Source of the DNA: an uncultured Actinomycetes bacterium
Lineage (GTDB): Bacteria > Actinomycetota > Thermoleophilia > UBA2241
Direction of reading: 5' to 3'
Assembly: GCA_963755025.1 (NCBI GenBank)
Contig: CAVWIH010000014.1
Location: 224,001-288,000 of the forward strand
DNA length: 64,000 nucleotides
Shown: positions 18,653-28,511 of the stretch, in pieces
Layout of the letters: each line of letters starts with the position of its first letter
Numbering within the stretch: the stretch's first letter is position 1
Notes under the pieces: model-generated
Databases searched by the model: none
Seen by the model: only the letters and a program-made list of their open reading frames with translations
What the model was told of the DNA's origin: nothing
Translations under genes and position numbers: made by a program

Positions 18653-19696
18653 ATGAAGGCCTACCAGCTCGTCGAGTGGGCGAGACCGCCCGAGCTGCGC
18701 GACGTGCCGGTGCCCGAGCCGGGCCCCGGCGAGGTGCTGCTCAAGGTGGGCGGCTGCGGGGCCTGCCACACCGACCTGCACCTCATGGACCGGCCGATGC
18801 ACGACGACCCCTACGAGCGGCCGCCGTTCACCCTGGGGCACGAGAGCGCGGGCTGGGTGGCGGCGCTGGGCGCGGACGTGAGCGGCTGGCGGGTCGGCGA
18901 CCCGGCCGCCGTGTACGGCGCCTGGGGCTGCGGCCGCTGCGCGCCCTGCCTGCAGGGTCGCGAGATGCTCTGCGAACGCATCGCCGATGTCGGCTCGTGG
19001 GGCGGCGGCCTGGGTCGCGACGGCGGCATGGCCGAGTACCTGCTCGTGCCGAGCGCCAGGCTGCTGGTGCCGCTCGGCGGCCTCGATCCGCGCGACGCCG
19101 CCCCACTGACCGACGCGGCGCTCACGCCTTACCACGCCATCAAGTCGACCCTGCCGCTGCTCGGCCCCGACACGTGGGCGCTCGTCGTCGGCGTCGGCGG
19201 TCTCGGTCACCTGGCCGTCCAGTTGCTGCGCGCCGTCTCTCCGGCTCGCGTGGTCGCCGTCGACGTCGGGGCAGGCCGGCTCGCGCTGGCGCGCCGCAGC
19301 GGCGCCGAGGCGACGGTCGTGGCCGGCCCTTCGGCGGCAGCCGAGGTCCGCGAGCTCACCGACGGCCTCGGCGCGATGGTCGTGCTCGACTGCGTCGGCT
19401 CCGACCAGACCATGAGCCTCGCCGCGGCGGCGGCTCGCGCCGGCGGTGCGGTGCAGGTCATCGGTCTCGGCGGCGGCGCGCTGCACCTCAGCCTCGGCGT
19501 GCTGCCGTTCGACTGCAGCCTGACCATGCCCTACTGGGGCAGCCTCGGCGAGCTCGCCGAGGTGATCGCGCTGGCCGACGCCGGGGCCATCCACGCGCAC
19601 ACCGAGCGCTTCGCCTTGAGCGAGGTCGCCGAGGCCTATGCCCGGCTGCGGGCCGGCGCCGTGCAGGGCCGCGCGGTGATCACCCCGCACGGATAG
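18653..19696 (+). CDS. Zinc-dependent NAD(P) alcohol dehydrogenase (MDR family)
   Basis: CHTDLH, LGHESAG, CGRCAPC..C, GVGGLG. Confidence 0.93.
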   Translation: MKAYQLVEWARPPELRDVPVPEPGPGEVLLKVGGCGACHTDLHLMDRPMHDDPYERPPFTLGHESAGWVAALGADVSGWRVGDPAAVYGAWGCGRCAPCLQGREMLCERIADVGSWGGGLGRDGGMAEYLLVPSARLLVPLGGLDPRDAAPLTDAALTPYHAIKSTLPLLGPDTWALVVGVGGLGHLAVQLLRAVSPARVVAVDVGAGRLALARRSGAEATVVAGPSAAAEVRELTDGLGAMVVLDCVGSDQTMSLAAAAARAGGAVQVIGLGGGALHLSLGVLPFDCSLTMPYWGSLGELAEVIALADAGAIHAHTERFALSEVAEAYARLRAGAVQGRAVITPHG

Positions 19697-19783
19697 GGCC
19701 CGGCGCCGCGAGCGGCGCGCCTCGCTCAGCACGCTCGCGCTCCCGTCGCGCCGCCGGGCGCCCCTGCGAAGGGCGGCGGGCGC

Positions 19784-21458
19784 TCACTCGCCCTTCAGGT
19801 CGCGCCGCGCAAAGGCCGCGCCGCCGAGCGCGGCCGCGACGATGCCGATGGCGACCATGATGGCTGCGCTCTCCCAGTCGGGCGCGACCGCCGGAGCGGC
19901 CGCCATCTCGTGGAACAGCGAGGTGTCGAGCAGCCAGTGGCTGATCACGACCGTGCCGCCCAGCACCTCGATCAGCAGCGACCACGCCAGCACGACGTAC
20001 ACGGCGGCGCTCGCCGCGCGCGGCCGTACGCCCAGCACCAGCACGCCGATGCCCAGCAGGCAGAGCGCGGGGGCCGCCAGGTTGAGGCCGGCGGCGATCA
20101 TGGTCCCAAAGCCCACGCCGGCGTTCTGGCTGGCCGCGCCGAGCCAGGCGCAAACGCCGGCCAGCAGGCCGCCGGTGACCACCGCGGCGGCGGCCACCGC
20201 GACCCTGCCCGACAGCCACGCCCAGCGCGAGACGGGCCGCACGAGCAGGTGCTCGAGGCGCCCCTCGGCCTCTTCGGCGCGCGCGGCGCCCACCTGTCCG
20301 GCGGCGATCACGCCGACGAGCACCGCCATCATAAGGAAGGTCACCCCGAGATAGGCCGCGGCGCCCGTGCCGGGTGCGCCGAGGCGCGTGAAGGCCTGCT
20401 TGATGCCCGGCGAGCTCGTGATCGCCCCCTCGGCCGACGAGGCGACCACGCCGACCAGCAGACCGAAGGCGACGATCGCCACGCCCCAGCCCGCGAAGGC
20501 GCCGCGCACCAGGCGCAGGGCCAGGCCGAACGGCCCAAAGAGCAGGCGCGTGTGCGGCCGCGCGCTGCTGCGGTCGGGCAGGGTGGCGGCGCCGAGGTCG
20601 CGCCGGCCGGCCAGAACGACGGTCAGCCCGGCGAGCACCGCGACGAAGGCGGCGATGGGCAGCAGCGCCAGCGGGTGCGACCCGGTGAGCGGCCGCAGCT
20701 CCTCGATCCAGCCGAGGGGAGTCGCCCAGCGCAGCCAGTCGAGGCCCACTCCGGAGTCGGCCACCATGCGCAGCGCGTAGCTCGCCCCCAGGACGGCGCC
20801 GGCATAGGCGGCCGCCTGGCGGCGGGTGGCGGCGAGCTGCCCGGCGAGGGCGCCCACGGCGAGGAACATGACGGCGCTCGACACCAGGGCGAGCGCGAAG
20901 AACAGGGCGGCGCTCACTCCGATGCCGACCCTCGCCGACTCCCCGACGACCGCGATGATGAGCGCGGTCAGCACCCACAGCACGGCGGCGCCGGCGGCCA
21001 GGCCGGCGAGCGCCTGGGCGGCCGCCGCCCGGCGGGTCGTCTGGCCGGCCAGCAGCAGCTCCCAGCGTCCGGCGTCTTCTTCGCCGCGCAGCAACTTTGT
21101 GCCAGCCAGCAGTCCCCATGTCGCGCCAATCAGATTGACGAAGGCGAGGTACTTCCAGGCGGTGAAGCCGGCGACCGTCTGCAGCCCGTGGGCCGGCCCC
21201 ACGAGCGCGCTCAGGCCCACGTTCGAACCGAAGAGCTTCGTCAGGTGGGCGCGCTGCGCGGCCGTCTTGTAGCTCGACGCGTAGGTGTAGGCCCCCACCG
21301 CCACGTAGGCGCCGAAGACGTAGCCCCACAACACGGCGCCGCGCACGGCGCGCCGCGCCGTGCGCCGCGCGATCAGCGTGGCCGGCGCGCCGCCGGCCGA
21401 CGCCGGCGCCGGGGCGACGGTCGGCGCCGCCGCTCGCCACGACCGCGTCAGTCTGCAT
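19784..21458 (-). CDS. ABC-2 type exporter permease (frameshift near 21440)
   Basis: Many TM helices, RGEEDAGRWELLLA and RAEEAEGRLEHLL; ATG 21458 overlaps the upstream stop but is out of frame by 1. Confidence 0.85.
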
Positions 21459-22542
21459 GGCCCGGCCGGTCGCCCGTCGTTTCGCCGAGGGGCGCGCCCG
21501 GCCGGTCGCCCGTCGTTTCTCCCGCGCGCGGCGCGCCCGGCGCCGCGCCAGCCGTTTCTCCCGCGCGCGGCGCGCCCGGCGCCGCGCCACCCGCAGCCGG
21601 ATCGCCCGGCGCCGCGCCGCCCGGAGAGGGCCCGTCGGCGGGCGCGGCGCCCGCGGGCGCGCCCCCGCCGTAGTGCGCGAGGAACAGCTCCTCGAGCGAG
21701 GGCTCACGGCTGAGCAGCTCGTGGACACCCGCAGCAGCCAGCACCTTGAGCAGGGGCTCGACGCTGCCCCGCACCTGCAGGCGCACGACCCTGCCGTCGG
21801 GCTCGACCGCGCTCACGCCGGGCACTGCGGAGAGGTCGGGCGCGTCGCCGTCGAAGGTGGCTTCGACCGTGAGCGCCGCGAGGTGGCGCATCTGGGCCAG
21901 CGTGCCCATCTCGACCAGCACGCCTTCGCGCAGTATGCCCACGCGGTCGCACAGCGCTTCGACCTCGCTCAGGATATGCGACGACAGAAAGACCGTCTGG
22001 CCACGCTCTCGCGCCTCGCCGATGCAGTGGCGAAAGGCCTGCTCCATGAGCGGGTCGAGCCCGCTGGTGGGTTCGTCGAGCAGGAGCAAGTCGGGCCGGG
22101 TCATGAGGGCGCCGATCAGGATGAGCTTCTGGCGGTTGCCCTTGGAGTAGGCCCGCACCTTCTTGGAGGGATCGAGCTCGAAGCGCGCGATCAGCTCGTC
22201 GCGGTAGGCGGTATCGACCCGGCCCTGGATGCGGCCGAGCAGATGCAGGGTCTCGGCGCCGGTGAGCGAGGGCCACAGGTTGGCCTCGCCGGCCACGTAG
22301 GCGAGACGGCGGTGCGCCGCCACGGTCTGACGCTGACAGTCGAGGCCGAAGATCTCGGCGCGCCCTCTGGTCGGGCGGATGAGGCCGAGCAGCAGGCGGA
22401 TCGTCGTGGTCTTGCCGGCGCCGTTGGGGCCTAGACAGCCCACGACCTCGCCCTGGGCCAGCTCGAGGTCGAGGTCGCGCAACGCGTCGACCGCCCCGTA
22501 GCGCTTGGACAGGCCCTCTGTGCGGATGGCTGTCTCTCCCAC
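21448..22542 (-). CDS. ABC transporter ATP-binding protein with an Ala/Gly/Pro repeat tail
   Basis: [27 protein letters not shown]; C-terminal GET(A/T)G...PGAP repeats. Confidence 0.93.
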   Translation of the reverse strand: MGETAIRTEGLSKRYGAVDALRDLDLELAQGEVVGCLGPNGAGKTTTIRLLLGLIRPTRGRAEIFGLDCQRQTVAAHRRLAYVAGEANLWPSLTGAETLHLLGRIQGRVDTAYRDELIARFELDPSKKVRAYSKGNRQKLILIGALMTRPDLLLLDEPTSGLDPLMEQAFRHCIGEARERGQTVFLSSHILSEVEALCDRVGILREGVLVEMGTLAQMRHLAALTVEATFDGDAPDLSAVPGVSAVEPDGRVVRLQVRGSVEPLLKVLAAAGVHELLSREPSLEELFLAHYGGGAPAGAAPADGPSPGGAAPGDPAAGGAAPGAPRAGETAGAAPGAPRAGETTGDRPGAPLGETTGDRPGHAD

Positions 22543-22615
22543 CGTGCTTACGTCCTTTCGCAGTAGCAGGTCACGCCGAAGACGTGTCTGCGAGCCGCCC
22601 GCGCGCACTCGGGAC

Positions 22616-23350
22616 TCACCGGCGCGCCGCCGGCAGCGCCCGCTCGGCGGGCGCCTGCAAGGCGGCGACCAGGGTCACCAGGTACTCCCGCAGCTCGGCG
22701 TAGTCGTACAGGCGCAGCGAGCCTTCGGCCGCGCCCAGGATGCGTTCGCAGGCAAGCTCGCTGGCGCGCGTGGCCTCGAGCAGGTCGTCGATGGTGGCCT
22801 CGCTCGCGGCCGGGGCGACCAGGCGCGGCATCATCCACTCGCCGAGCCCGGCCCACAGCCACATCACGGCCCGGCTGGCCCCGGCCGGGTCGCCGACGGC
22901 AAAGAGGCCCTCGGCCCGGCCCTGCGCCACGATCCGGGTGAAGAGCGGGTGGAACTCGGTGAGCGAATCCTGGAGCCGCAGCCGCAAGGCCTGGTTCTCG
23001 TCGCTGTAGAGCACGCGGGAGTAGCTCTCGGCGAGCTCCGGGTTGTCGCGCTTCCAGCCCCACAGCAGGGCGATCACGGCGCGCAGGCGCGCGACCGCGT
23101 CGCCGGGCGTGGCGGCGAGCGTGCGTTCCGCGGTGGCGAGCAGACCGCCGACCTGGCGTCGGCAGGCTTCGGCCAGCAGCTCGGCCTTGGAGTCGAAGTA
23201 GTGGTAGAAGGTGCCCTTGGCGACGCCCACGGCGTCGGTCACGTCTTGCACCGCGACCCGCTCGTAGCCGTCCGTGAGGAACAGGCGCAGGGCCGTGTCG
23301 AGCAGTTCGTTGCGGCGATCTGCGGCGCTTTTGACGACGCGAGTGCGCAT
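22616..23350 (-). CDS. TetR/AcrR-family regulator
   Basis: GVAKGTFYHYFDSKAELL helix-turn-helix. Confidence 0.92.
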   Translation of the reverse strand: MRTRVVKSAADRRNELLDTALRLFLTDGYERVAVQDVTDAVGVAKGTFYHYFDSKAELLAEACRRQVGGLLATAERTLAATPGDAVARLRAVIALLWGWKRDNPELAESYSRVLYSDENQALRLRLQDSLTEFHPLFTRIVAQGRAEGLFAVGDPAGASRAVMWLWAGLGEWMMPRLVAPAASEATIDDLLEATRASELACERILGAAEGSLRLYDYAELREYLVTLVAALQAPAERALPAARR

Positions 23351-23376
23351 GGCGGCGAGCCTCCGTGCCGGCGTAG

Positions 23377-23411
23377 ACGACTGGAGTCGGTCACCGACCG
23401 ACCGTCAGTCA
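23377..23411. promoter_or_regulatory. Candidate TetR operator
   Basis: GACCGAC-C-GTCAGTC near-palindrome (23396-23410) plus an adjacent similar half-site just upstream of tetR. Confidence 0.5.
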
Positions 23412-23628
23412 TTTTGCCACACGGCGGGCCGAATGCAACTACGAAACGGGCGCCTCGCCGACCGCGACGCGGTTCTTGCCGAGCCGCTTGGCGTTGGACC
23501 ACCCGCGGCGACCACGCGACGACCTCCGGAGCGCTCGTCACCTGGCGGCGACGTCCTCGTCTCTCCGGGCCGAGACCATCGCCTGCGCGACCCGGCGAGG
23601 GACGTGCGAAAGACCGCCCGCAGCGCGC

Positions 23629-25971
23629 TCAGCGACCGCGGCGCGACAGCCACGTCTCCTGCGACACGAGACGGTCGCGGAACGACAGCACGCGGTCGCG
23701 ACCGGCGCGCTTGGCCGCGTACATCGCCCAGTCCGCCTTGTCGAGCAGCTCGTCTTTGGCCGAGGCGTCGTCGGGGAACGTCGCGATGCCGATGCTCACG
23801 CTCAGCGGGCAGCCGCCCTGGGCGGACACCACCTCGGAGCGTATGCGCTCGGCCACGGTAAGGGCGCCTGCGGTGTCGGTGTCGACCAGCACGAGCACGA
23901 ACTCCTCGCCGCCGTAGCGCGCCGCCAGGTCGACCCGCCGGCTGCACGACTCGACGATGCGCGCGATGCGCGACAGGGCGGCATCGCCGGCCTTGTGCCC
24001 GTGGTCGTCGTTGTAGACCTTGAACTCGTCGCAATCGCAGAACAGCAGGCTCACCCGCGTCTCACGACGGCGGGCGCGCTCGAGCTCCTCTTCGAGGCGT
24101 TCGTGCAGGTAGCGGTGGTTGTAGAGGCCGGTGAGGCCGTCGGTGATGGCCTCGACCTCGGCGCGGCTGAAACGGATGGCGGCGGTCTGCAGCATGGCGG
24201 CCAGGGTGCGGGAGCGATCGGCTTCGAGCCGCTGACCGAGCGACTCGTGTGCCGGCGCGTCGACCGTGACCGCCCCCACGACGCTGCCGGCCGCGTCGCG
24301 CAGCGGCGCGATGCCGGAGACCCAGACGCCGAAGTCGTCGGCGTCCAGGATGTTGGAGTCCAGGCTTTCGCCGCGCAGCACGCGGGCGAGCTCGTCGTCG
24401 GGCAGCCAGGGGTCGCCCACGTGCGACGACTCGTGGTCGGTCTCGCCGGTGTCGAGCACGGTGATGCAGCCGTCGCCCACGAGCGCGTAGCTCGTGACGT
24501 AGCGCACCGGCGGGTGCTCGTCGCGCAGGCGGCGCAACGCGGCCACGGCCGCGCGGTAGCCTTCGCTCGCCTCGTCGGCGCGGCTGCGCCAGCGCCCGTG
24601 CTCGACCGGATCGATGAGCGCCACGGCGCGCCGGGCTAGGTCGGCCACGCGCGCGCGACGCTCCTGAAGGCGCTGCAGCGCGCGCAGGAAGACGGTGACC
24701 ATGCCGGGGTCGAACTGGACCCCCGCACAGCGCCGCAGCTCGGCGAGGCACTGGCCGTAGCTGAGCGCCGGGCGGTAGGGTCGCCGGCACGACATGGCGT
24801 CGTAGCAGTCGACCACACACATGGCGCGGGCGATCAGCGGGATCTCCTCGCCGGCGAGGCCGTCGGGGTAGCCGCCGCCGTCGAACCGTTCGTGGTGGTG
24901 ACGCACGCCCCTGACGAGCTCGTCGTCGAACATGGGACGCACGATCTCGGCACTAATGCCCGGGTGCTGGCGCATGAGCTCCCACTCTTCAGAGGTGAGC
25001 GGACCGCCCTTGAGCAGCACGCGGTCGGACACGCCGATCTTGCCGATGTCGTGGCAGAAGGCGACGTCCTGCACCGCCTGCAGGCGGTCGGTGGGCCAGC
25101 CCAGCTCGGTGCCCAGCATGGTCATGTAGGCGGCCACCCGGTTGGCGTGTCCCAGCGTGTAGTGGTCCTTGGCCGACAGCGCCGAGCTCAGCGCGCGCAG
25201 GTTGCCCAGGTGCAGGCTCTTGACCTCTTCGTAGAGCTCGACGTGCTCGAAGGCCAGGGCCACCAGGCGCCCGACGGCCTCGGCGGTGTCGATCTCCTCG
25301 GCGGTGAACTGCCGCTCGACGCGATCGAGCAGGTCGACCACGCCGACCACCTTGTCGCGCGCCACCAGGGGCAGCGACACGCAACTGCGTTCGCCGTAGC
25401 GCCGCATGGTCTCGCGGTCGGCCGGGCCCAGGCGCGGGTCGTCGAGGCTGGGGATGGTGACCGCGTGGCGCGCCCCGACGGCCAGACGGGCGCAGTTCCA
25501 GTCGGAGAGGCGCAGGCGCTGGCCCACCCAGTCGGCGTCGCAGACACCGTCGATGGTCGACGTCAGGCAGACGAGGTGCTCGTCGCCTTCGAGCCGGTAG
25601 ATGTCGCAATCGGGGATCTTGAGGACCGAGCTCAGACGCCGCGCGGCGGACTGCAGTATCTCGCCCAGGTCGAAGGTCGACGCCAGCTCGAGGCTCGTGT
25701 CGAGCACGAGCTGGTAACGCTCTTCGGCGCGCTGGCGCCGCGTGGCGTCGCCACGCTCGCGCCCTGTGGCGTCGGCGCGCTCGTGCGGGGAGGCCGCGCT
25801 CAGGTAGCGCCCCAAGTCGTCGGCCAGAAACCGGCGCTGGCCGCTCGGTGTGCGCCGGCAGGCGAGAGCGCCGGAGTCGGCCCACCGGCGCACGCTGGTA
25901 GCGCTGACGCCGAGCACATCGGCCGCCTGCTGCACCCGCAGCCATTGAGAGCCCGAACCGGTGGGTGTCAT
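23629..25971 (-). CDS. MerR/excisionase-type HTH + GAF + HD-GYP + Cache-like + GGDEF protein
   Basis: AADVLGVSATSVRRWADSG..RTPSGQRRF; HDIGK; HHERFDGGGYP; DDFGVWVSGIAPLRD; RRVD..RYGGEEF. Confidence 0.9.
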   Translation of the reverse strand: MTPTGSGSQWLRVQQAADVLGVSATSVRRWADSGALACRRTPSGQRRFLADDLGRYLSAASPHERADATGRERGDATRRQRAEERYQLVLDTSLELASTFDLGEILQSAARRLSSVLKIPDCDIYRLEGDEHLVCLTSTIDGVCDADWVGQRLRLSDWNCARLAVGARHAVTIPSLDDPRLGPADRETMRRYGERSCVSLPLVARDKVVGVVDLLDRVERQFTAEEIDTAEAVGRLVALAFEHVELYEEVKSLHLGNLRALSSALSAKDHYTLGHANRVAAYMTMLGTELGWPTDRLQAVQDVAFCHDIGKIGVSDRVLLKGGPLTSEEWELMRQHPGISAEIVRPMFDDELVRGVRHHHERFDGGGYPDGLAGEEIPLIARAMCVVDCYDAMSCRRPYRPALSYGQCLAELRRCAGVQFDPGMVTVFLRALQRLQERRARVADLARRAVALIDPVEHGRWRSRADEASEGYRAAVAALRRLRDEHPPVRYVTSYALVGDGCITVLDTGETDHESSHVGDPWLPDDELARVLRGESLDSNILDADDFGVWVSGIAPLRDAAGSVVGAVTVDAPAHESLGQRLEADRSRTLAAMLQTAAIRFSRAEVEAITDGLTGLYNHRYLHERLEEELERARRRETRVSLLFCDCDEFKVYNDDHGHKAGDAALSRIARIVESCSRRVDLAARYGGEEFVLVLVDTDTAGALTVAERIRSEVVSAQGGCPLSVSIGIATFPDDASAKDELLDKADWAMYAAKRAGRDRVLSFRDRLVSQETWLSRRGR

Positions 25972-26112
25972 GAGAGTAGTATCGGTCGATTTCGGGGCTT
26001 TCTTGACCAGCTCTTCCACCGCGGCGAGCGCTCGCCGCATGCGCCGACCGCCTCGATGGCCCGGCGGGTCCGCTCCGGTCGCAGGCAGGACCGGCGCCTC
26101 GCCGCGATCGCG

Positions 26113-27273
26113 TCAGTGCATGCCGGTCGCCGCCTGCAGCAGCAGGCTGCTGATGCCGACCGTCGCCCACAGGATGGCGCCGAGCGCCAGCGGGCGCAGC
26201 CCGGCGCTGCGCAGGGCCAGGGGACGCGTGGCCAGCCCGATGCCGCTCAGCGCCATGGTGATCAGGAACAGCGACAGCGTCGACAGCGGCGAGTGGGCGC
26301 CGTGCGGCACGGCGCCCAGGCTGTTGAGCGCGGCCGCGACCAGGAACCCGACCAGGAACCAGGGTACGAGCTGCCAGACCCGCAGGCGGCCCACAGGGCG
26401 ATCGCCGCGGCGTGTGCCGGTGGCCGGCGCGGCGCCGGGGCCTGCGCTCGGAGCGCCGGCGGCCGCCGCGGCCTCGACCGCCGCATTCGCGGCGGCCTTC
26501 GTCTCGCGACGTCTGACCATGACGCTCAGGGCGATGGTGATGGGAATGATCATGAGCGTGCGCGTGAGCTTCACGACGACGGCATAGTCGCCCGCTGCGT
26601 GGCCGTAGGTGTAGGCCGCCGCGATCACCGAGCTCGTGTCGTTGATGGCCGTGCCCGACCACAGACCGAAGGCGTGTTGCGAGAGGCCGAGAAGGTGGCC
26701 CAGCGTCGGGTAGGTCAGCACCGCGATCACGTTGAAGGCGAAGATCGTGCTGATGGCGTACGCGACGTCGGCCTCGGCCGCGCCGATCACCGCCGTGGTG
26801 GCGGCGATCGCCGAGGCCCCGCAGATACCGGTGCCCACGCCGATCAGGGTGCGCAGGTCGCCGTCGATGCCCAGCAGACGCCCGACCCCCCAGGCGGCCA
26901 GCAAGGCGAGAGACAGCGTGCCCAGGAGCACGGGGAGCGACGACCAGCCGGTCTTGGCGATCTGGGCGAGCGAGAGGCCCGTGCCCAGTACGACGATGGC
27001 GAGCTGCAGCACGACGCGGCTGGCGAACGACACGCCGGGCTTCAGGGGCGCATCGAGACCGCGCTTGCGCACCACGACGCCGAGCCCGACGCCGAAGACG
27101 ATGCCGCAGACCGGGGCGCCGACGACGGGCACGAGGCGCCCCACGGCCGTCGCCACCGCGGCGATGGCCGCACACGCCAGCAAGCCCGGCGCCAGCGCCA
27201 GCCCGCGCCGGCTGGGCGGCGGGGGTGGGACGGGCCAGATCTCGAGGGCGTCGGGATCGATGACTGAGGTCAC
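26113..27273 (-). CDS. yeiH: YeiH/UPF0324 putative sulfate exporter
   Basis: LIGVGTGICGASAIAA, GTAINDTSSV, VVVKLTRTL, VPWFLVGF. Confidence 0.88.
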   Translation of the reverse strand: MTSVIDPDALEIWPVPPPPPSRRGLALAPGLLACAAIAAVATAVGRLVPVVGAPVCGIVFGVGLGVVVRKRGLDAPLKPGVSFASRVVLQLAIVVLGTGLSLAQIAKTGWSSLPVLLGTLSLALLAAWGVGRLLGIDGDLRTLIGVGTGICGASAIAATTAVIGAAEADVAYAISTIFAFNVIAVLTYPTLGHLLGLSQHAFGLWSGTAINDTSSVIAAAYTYGHAAGDYAVVVKLTRTLMIIPITIALSVMVRRRETKAAANAAVEAAAAAGAPSAGPGAAPATGTRRGDRPVGRLRVWQLVPWFLVGFLVAAALNSLGAVPHGAHSPLSTLSLFLITMALSGIGLATRPLALRSAGLRPLALGAILWATVGISSLLLQAATGMH

Positions 27274-27465
27274 GGCGACGGCTTTCCTTGGGCCGGCGTG
27301 CTCGCCGGCGAACGCCGTCGTCGGCAGGGCACGGATTTGCCCCGGCGCGGCCGCCTTGGCCTTACGTCGCCGGGCCTGTCGAGTCTACTCGCTCTCGCGG
27401 TCGGGCCTGCGTGTCGCGGCCCCAGGAGGTCGGTTCGTGAATGACAACGCCGGCGTTGGCCGAAG

Positions 27466-27481
27466 ATACCCATAGGGGTAT
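27466..27481. promoter_or_regulatory. CsoR/CstR/RcnR-family operator
   Basis: ATACCC-ATAG-GGGTAT. Confidence 0.75.
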
Positions 27482-27521
27482 ATTGGTGGCCATCTTGGAG
27501 GCCGACCGCACGGAGTCCCGC

Positions 27522-27707
27522 ATGATCGTCGTCGACGACCGCTATTGTCCGCAGAACCACGCCTGTCCCGCCGTGGCCGCCTGTCCCGAAGGCGCCATGA
27601 CGCAGGACGGTGTCTCTGCCGCGCCGCGCATCGACCACGACCTCTGCACCGAGTGCGGGGTGTGCACGGGCCTCTGTCGCGTCTTTTCGCTGGTGCGCGA
27701 CGAATAG
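27522..27707 (+). CDS. Small 4Fe-4S ferredoxin
   Basis: CPQNHACPAVAACP and CTECGVCTGLC. Confidence 0.85.
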   Translation: MIVVDDRYCPQNHACPAVAACPEGAMTQDGVSAAPRIDHDLCTECGVCTGLCRVFSLVRDE

Positions 27708-27724
27708 GAGCGCGACCGCGCCCC
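27707..27724 (-). promoter_or_regulatory. Putative SECIS hairpin of zinc-ribbon gene 1
   Basis: GGGGCGC-GGTC-GCGCTCC; loop begins 20 nt after the UGA at 27740-27738. Confidence 0.65.
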
Positions 27725-27728
27725 GAGG

Positions 27729-27935
27729 TCAGCGACCTCAGCCGTAGCCGCCCGTCGGTACCGCACCACAGGTCGGCGCCGACAGAGGTCCGTTGCTGAG
27801 GAAGCTGCCCACCGTCTGGCGGACGTCGCTCGAGCCGCACTTGGGGCAGCGCTTCTGGCGGTCCTTGATCGCTCCGGCCGTCTCTACGACGAAGCCGTGG
27901 TCGCACGCCTTGCAGACCAGCTTGATAATCGCCAC
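27729..27935 (-). CDS. FmdB-family zinc-ribbon protein, probable selenoprotein (UGA at 27740-27738)
   Basis: CKACDH...CPKCGS...CGAVPTGGYG-TGA-GGT-CGC-TGA. Family call is firm; Sec readthrough is inferred. Confidence 0.75.
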
Positions 27936-27961
27936 GGCATCCCTCCTGAGAATGACGTCAT

Positions 27962-27977
27962 ATACCCTAGGGGGTAT
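27962..27977. promoter_or_regulatory. CsoR/CstR/RcnR-family operator
   Basis: ATACCC-TAGG-GGGTAT, 26 nt upstream of zinc-ribbon gene 1. Confidence 0.8.
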
Positions 27978-28180
27978 CATAGTCCAAGGCGCCTTCGCCC
28001 TGCAACATCGCCCGCGCATCCGCGCGGGGCACAAGCGGCCGTCGGCGCCGGCGCGCCACGCACGGTGGCGCGCGCCGGCGCGCCACGTCACGGTGGCGCG
28101 CGATACCGCCGGGGTGTAGTCTCGCCCATCCAAAAGTCGACCGGCCCGCCAAACCGGGCCACCGAATCGGAGCGTGGGCC

Positions 28181-28507
28181 ATGAAGGGCACAGCAGACGT
28201 GCAGGCCGGCATCTGCGGGCACCACACGACCGTCGAGGCGCAGAGCGGCGATGCCCGTCGCGTGACGTTCACGATCGAGACGACCTGCGACAACATCGAG
28301 CGCTTCACGGCGCAGGTCGCGGCGGTCGTGCCCGTCGACGCCTACAAGGAGATCAACCCGAAGGCGTCGAGCGACGTGCTCGACTGCGGGCGCGAGGCCC
28401 ACATCTGCACCGACTGCATCGTGCCGGCGTCGGCGCTCAAGGCGTTGCGCATAGCGACCGGCCTGGCGCTGCCGGGCGACGCGGCCATCGCCATCGCCAA
28501 AGGCTGA
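28181..28507 (+). CDS. Small Cys-rich conserved protein (DUF6951-like)
   Basis: AGICGH, ETTCDNI, HICTDCIVP, GLALP pattern. Confidence 0.6.
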   Translation: MKGTADVQAGICGHHTTVEAQSGDARRVTFTIETTCDNIERFTAQVAAVVPVDAYKEINPKASSDVLDCGREAHICTDCIVPASALKALRIATGLALPGDAAIAIAKG

Positions 28508-28511
28508 CGCT

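Noticed and set aside
25820-25971. Excisionase-like HTH as a prophage or ICE marker
   Set aside because: It is fused to a signalling protein; no integrase, att site or phage genes seen
27707-27724. Hairpin as only a terminator between convergent genes
   Set aside because: Possible second role, but the same core recurs at the same distance from the UGA in the non-convergent paralogue at 40323 and has no U-tract
28103-28118. Fifth CsoR-type site (ATACCGCCGGGGTGTA)
   Set aside because: Right half-site and spacing deviate from the four clear copies
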